64,000 nt of DNA from Phoronis australis (taxonomy: Eukaryota; Animalia; Phoronida): contig NMRA01000082.1 in NCBI GenBank assembly GCA_002633005.1, forward strand, positions 286,576-350,575, written 5' to 3'. Both the position numbers and the translations under genes were made by a program. Positions 62,887-64,000 of the stretch are shown piece by piece (positions within the stretch are counted from its first letter, which is position 1; each line of letters opens with the position of its first letter). The notes beneath the pieces are model-generated. The model saw only the letters and a list, made by a program, of their open reading frames with translations, did not search any database and was not told the origin of the DNA.

Positions 62887-64000
62887 AGGCAATGGGTTAG
62901 AGGGCACGGGTCAGAGGGCACGGGTCAGAGGGCACGGGGCAGAGGGAGTGGGACGTAGAAAATAATTGACAGCTCACTGTGTCCTCGGCTTCCAAATGTA
63001 AATAAGCATGCATTCATTAACACGTCTAACGCACGAGTTGAGGATTTCTGTAAATATCCTTTAATTTCCCAGGGGGTGCATGTACAGGACTGGAGGGGCT
63101 CTCATGTAGGAGGTTGACAAGGACTCGCATATAATTACATGTATATCGCCGTCTCAGATCTCGTCACAGGTTGGGGTAAAGTGACAGCAATGGCAAACAC
63201 GTGGAGAACGAGAGGGTTTTGTCTTGAACAGAGGTTTTCATCAACTGTTACCAATTCTGGACACTTTGCCAACCAGCCAAGGTATCACCCCCTACAGCCA
63301 ATAACACTTCACCATAAGAACAGCCAGTAGAATATTGGAAAATCTCTTCAGTTTTTGACACAAAAAAGGTGTAATTTTCAAAATTTCCACTTCAAGTGAA
63401 ATTTATTATTCCTCCAAATAACATTTTCATGATTTCAAACATTTACTTTTAAATTTGTTATTTTTAGAAAATAACAATGTTTGTGTTAAAATATCCTTAA
63501 AGCAAGACTATGGTGGGTTTATTTAGTGCTTTTGACCCGATGACGCCAACAGTCAATAGCATGCTGGCATAACAACTGGGAGTGTTAAATATTCATGGAC
63601 CTGTTGGGCCACAGCATTGTCTACTCACAAAGCTTCATTAACTGTAATGCCTCAGAGACCACCTACAGTTGCCATAGCAATGTCCCTTGAATGTAGTTAA
63701 CAGCTACAGTAAATATTCCTTAGTTTGGAACAACCCATAAAATCTGGGACATCCGAATTCAACTTGAAACTGAATGTTCTGAATTCTGAAGATTGGGACA
63801 TGGGTGACTTTGGCGTTCACTATATCTCTCAAGTGTAGGACTCTGTGTCTTGTACCAAGAGAGCATGTAGGACTATTGATGCAATGCGCAGACTACAACA
63901 TGGTTTGAAACAACATGAAAATAAAGTACATCACCAGACAAGGAAATTAAAATTTAATTTAAAATCAAAACATGTTCCATCAAGTAAACACAGACCAGGA

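Overview
Eukaryotic (animal, probably invertebrate bilaterian) genomic DNA: AT-rich, with spliced genes, microsatellites and one 93-N gap. Three genes were reconstructed by hand. (1) The last three coding exons of a catalytically dead MTMR10/11/12-type myotubularin pseudophosphatase lie on + (555-3291). (2) A complete 23-coding-exon cytosolic carboxypeptidase 1 (AGTPBP1/Nna1/CCP1, tubulin deglutamylase, ~1228 aa) lies on - (46574-11052), tail-to-tail with the MTMR gene. (3) A CXXC zinc-finger gene lies on - (57377-55872), with a short-linker TET/IDAX-type finger at the N-terminus and a long Pro/Gln/His-rich tail. The most unusual signals are three. The intron that separates the CCP1 ARM-like half from its catalytic half holds an ATG-starting 54-nt symmetric exon and an in-phase 537-nt terminal exon ending in a hydrophobic, tail-anchor-like segment. 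A spliced 48-codon uORF overlaps the CXXC start codon out of frame. One CCP1 5' splice site is triplicated. Introns and UTRs carry several MITE families, a tRNA-derived SINE head, a THAP remnant, hairpin elements, minisatellites, and CTCF- and RFX-like motifs. All calls are from manual reading; no database searches were run.
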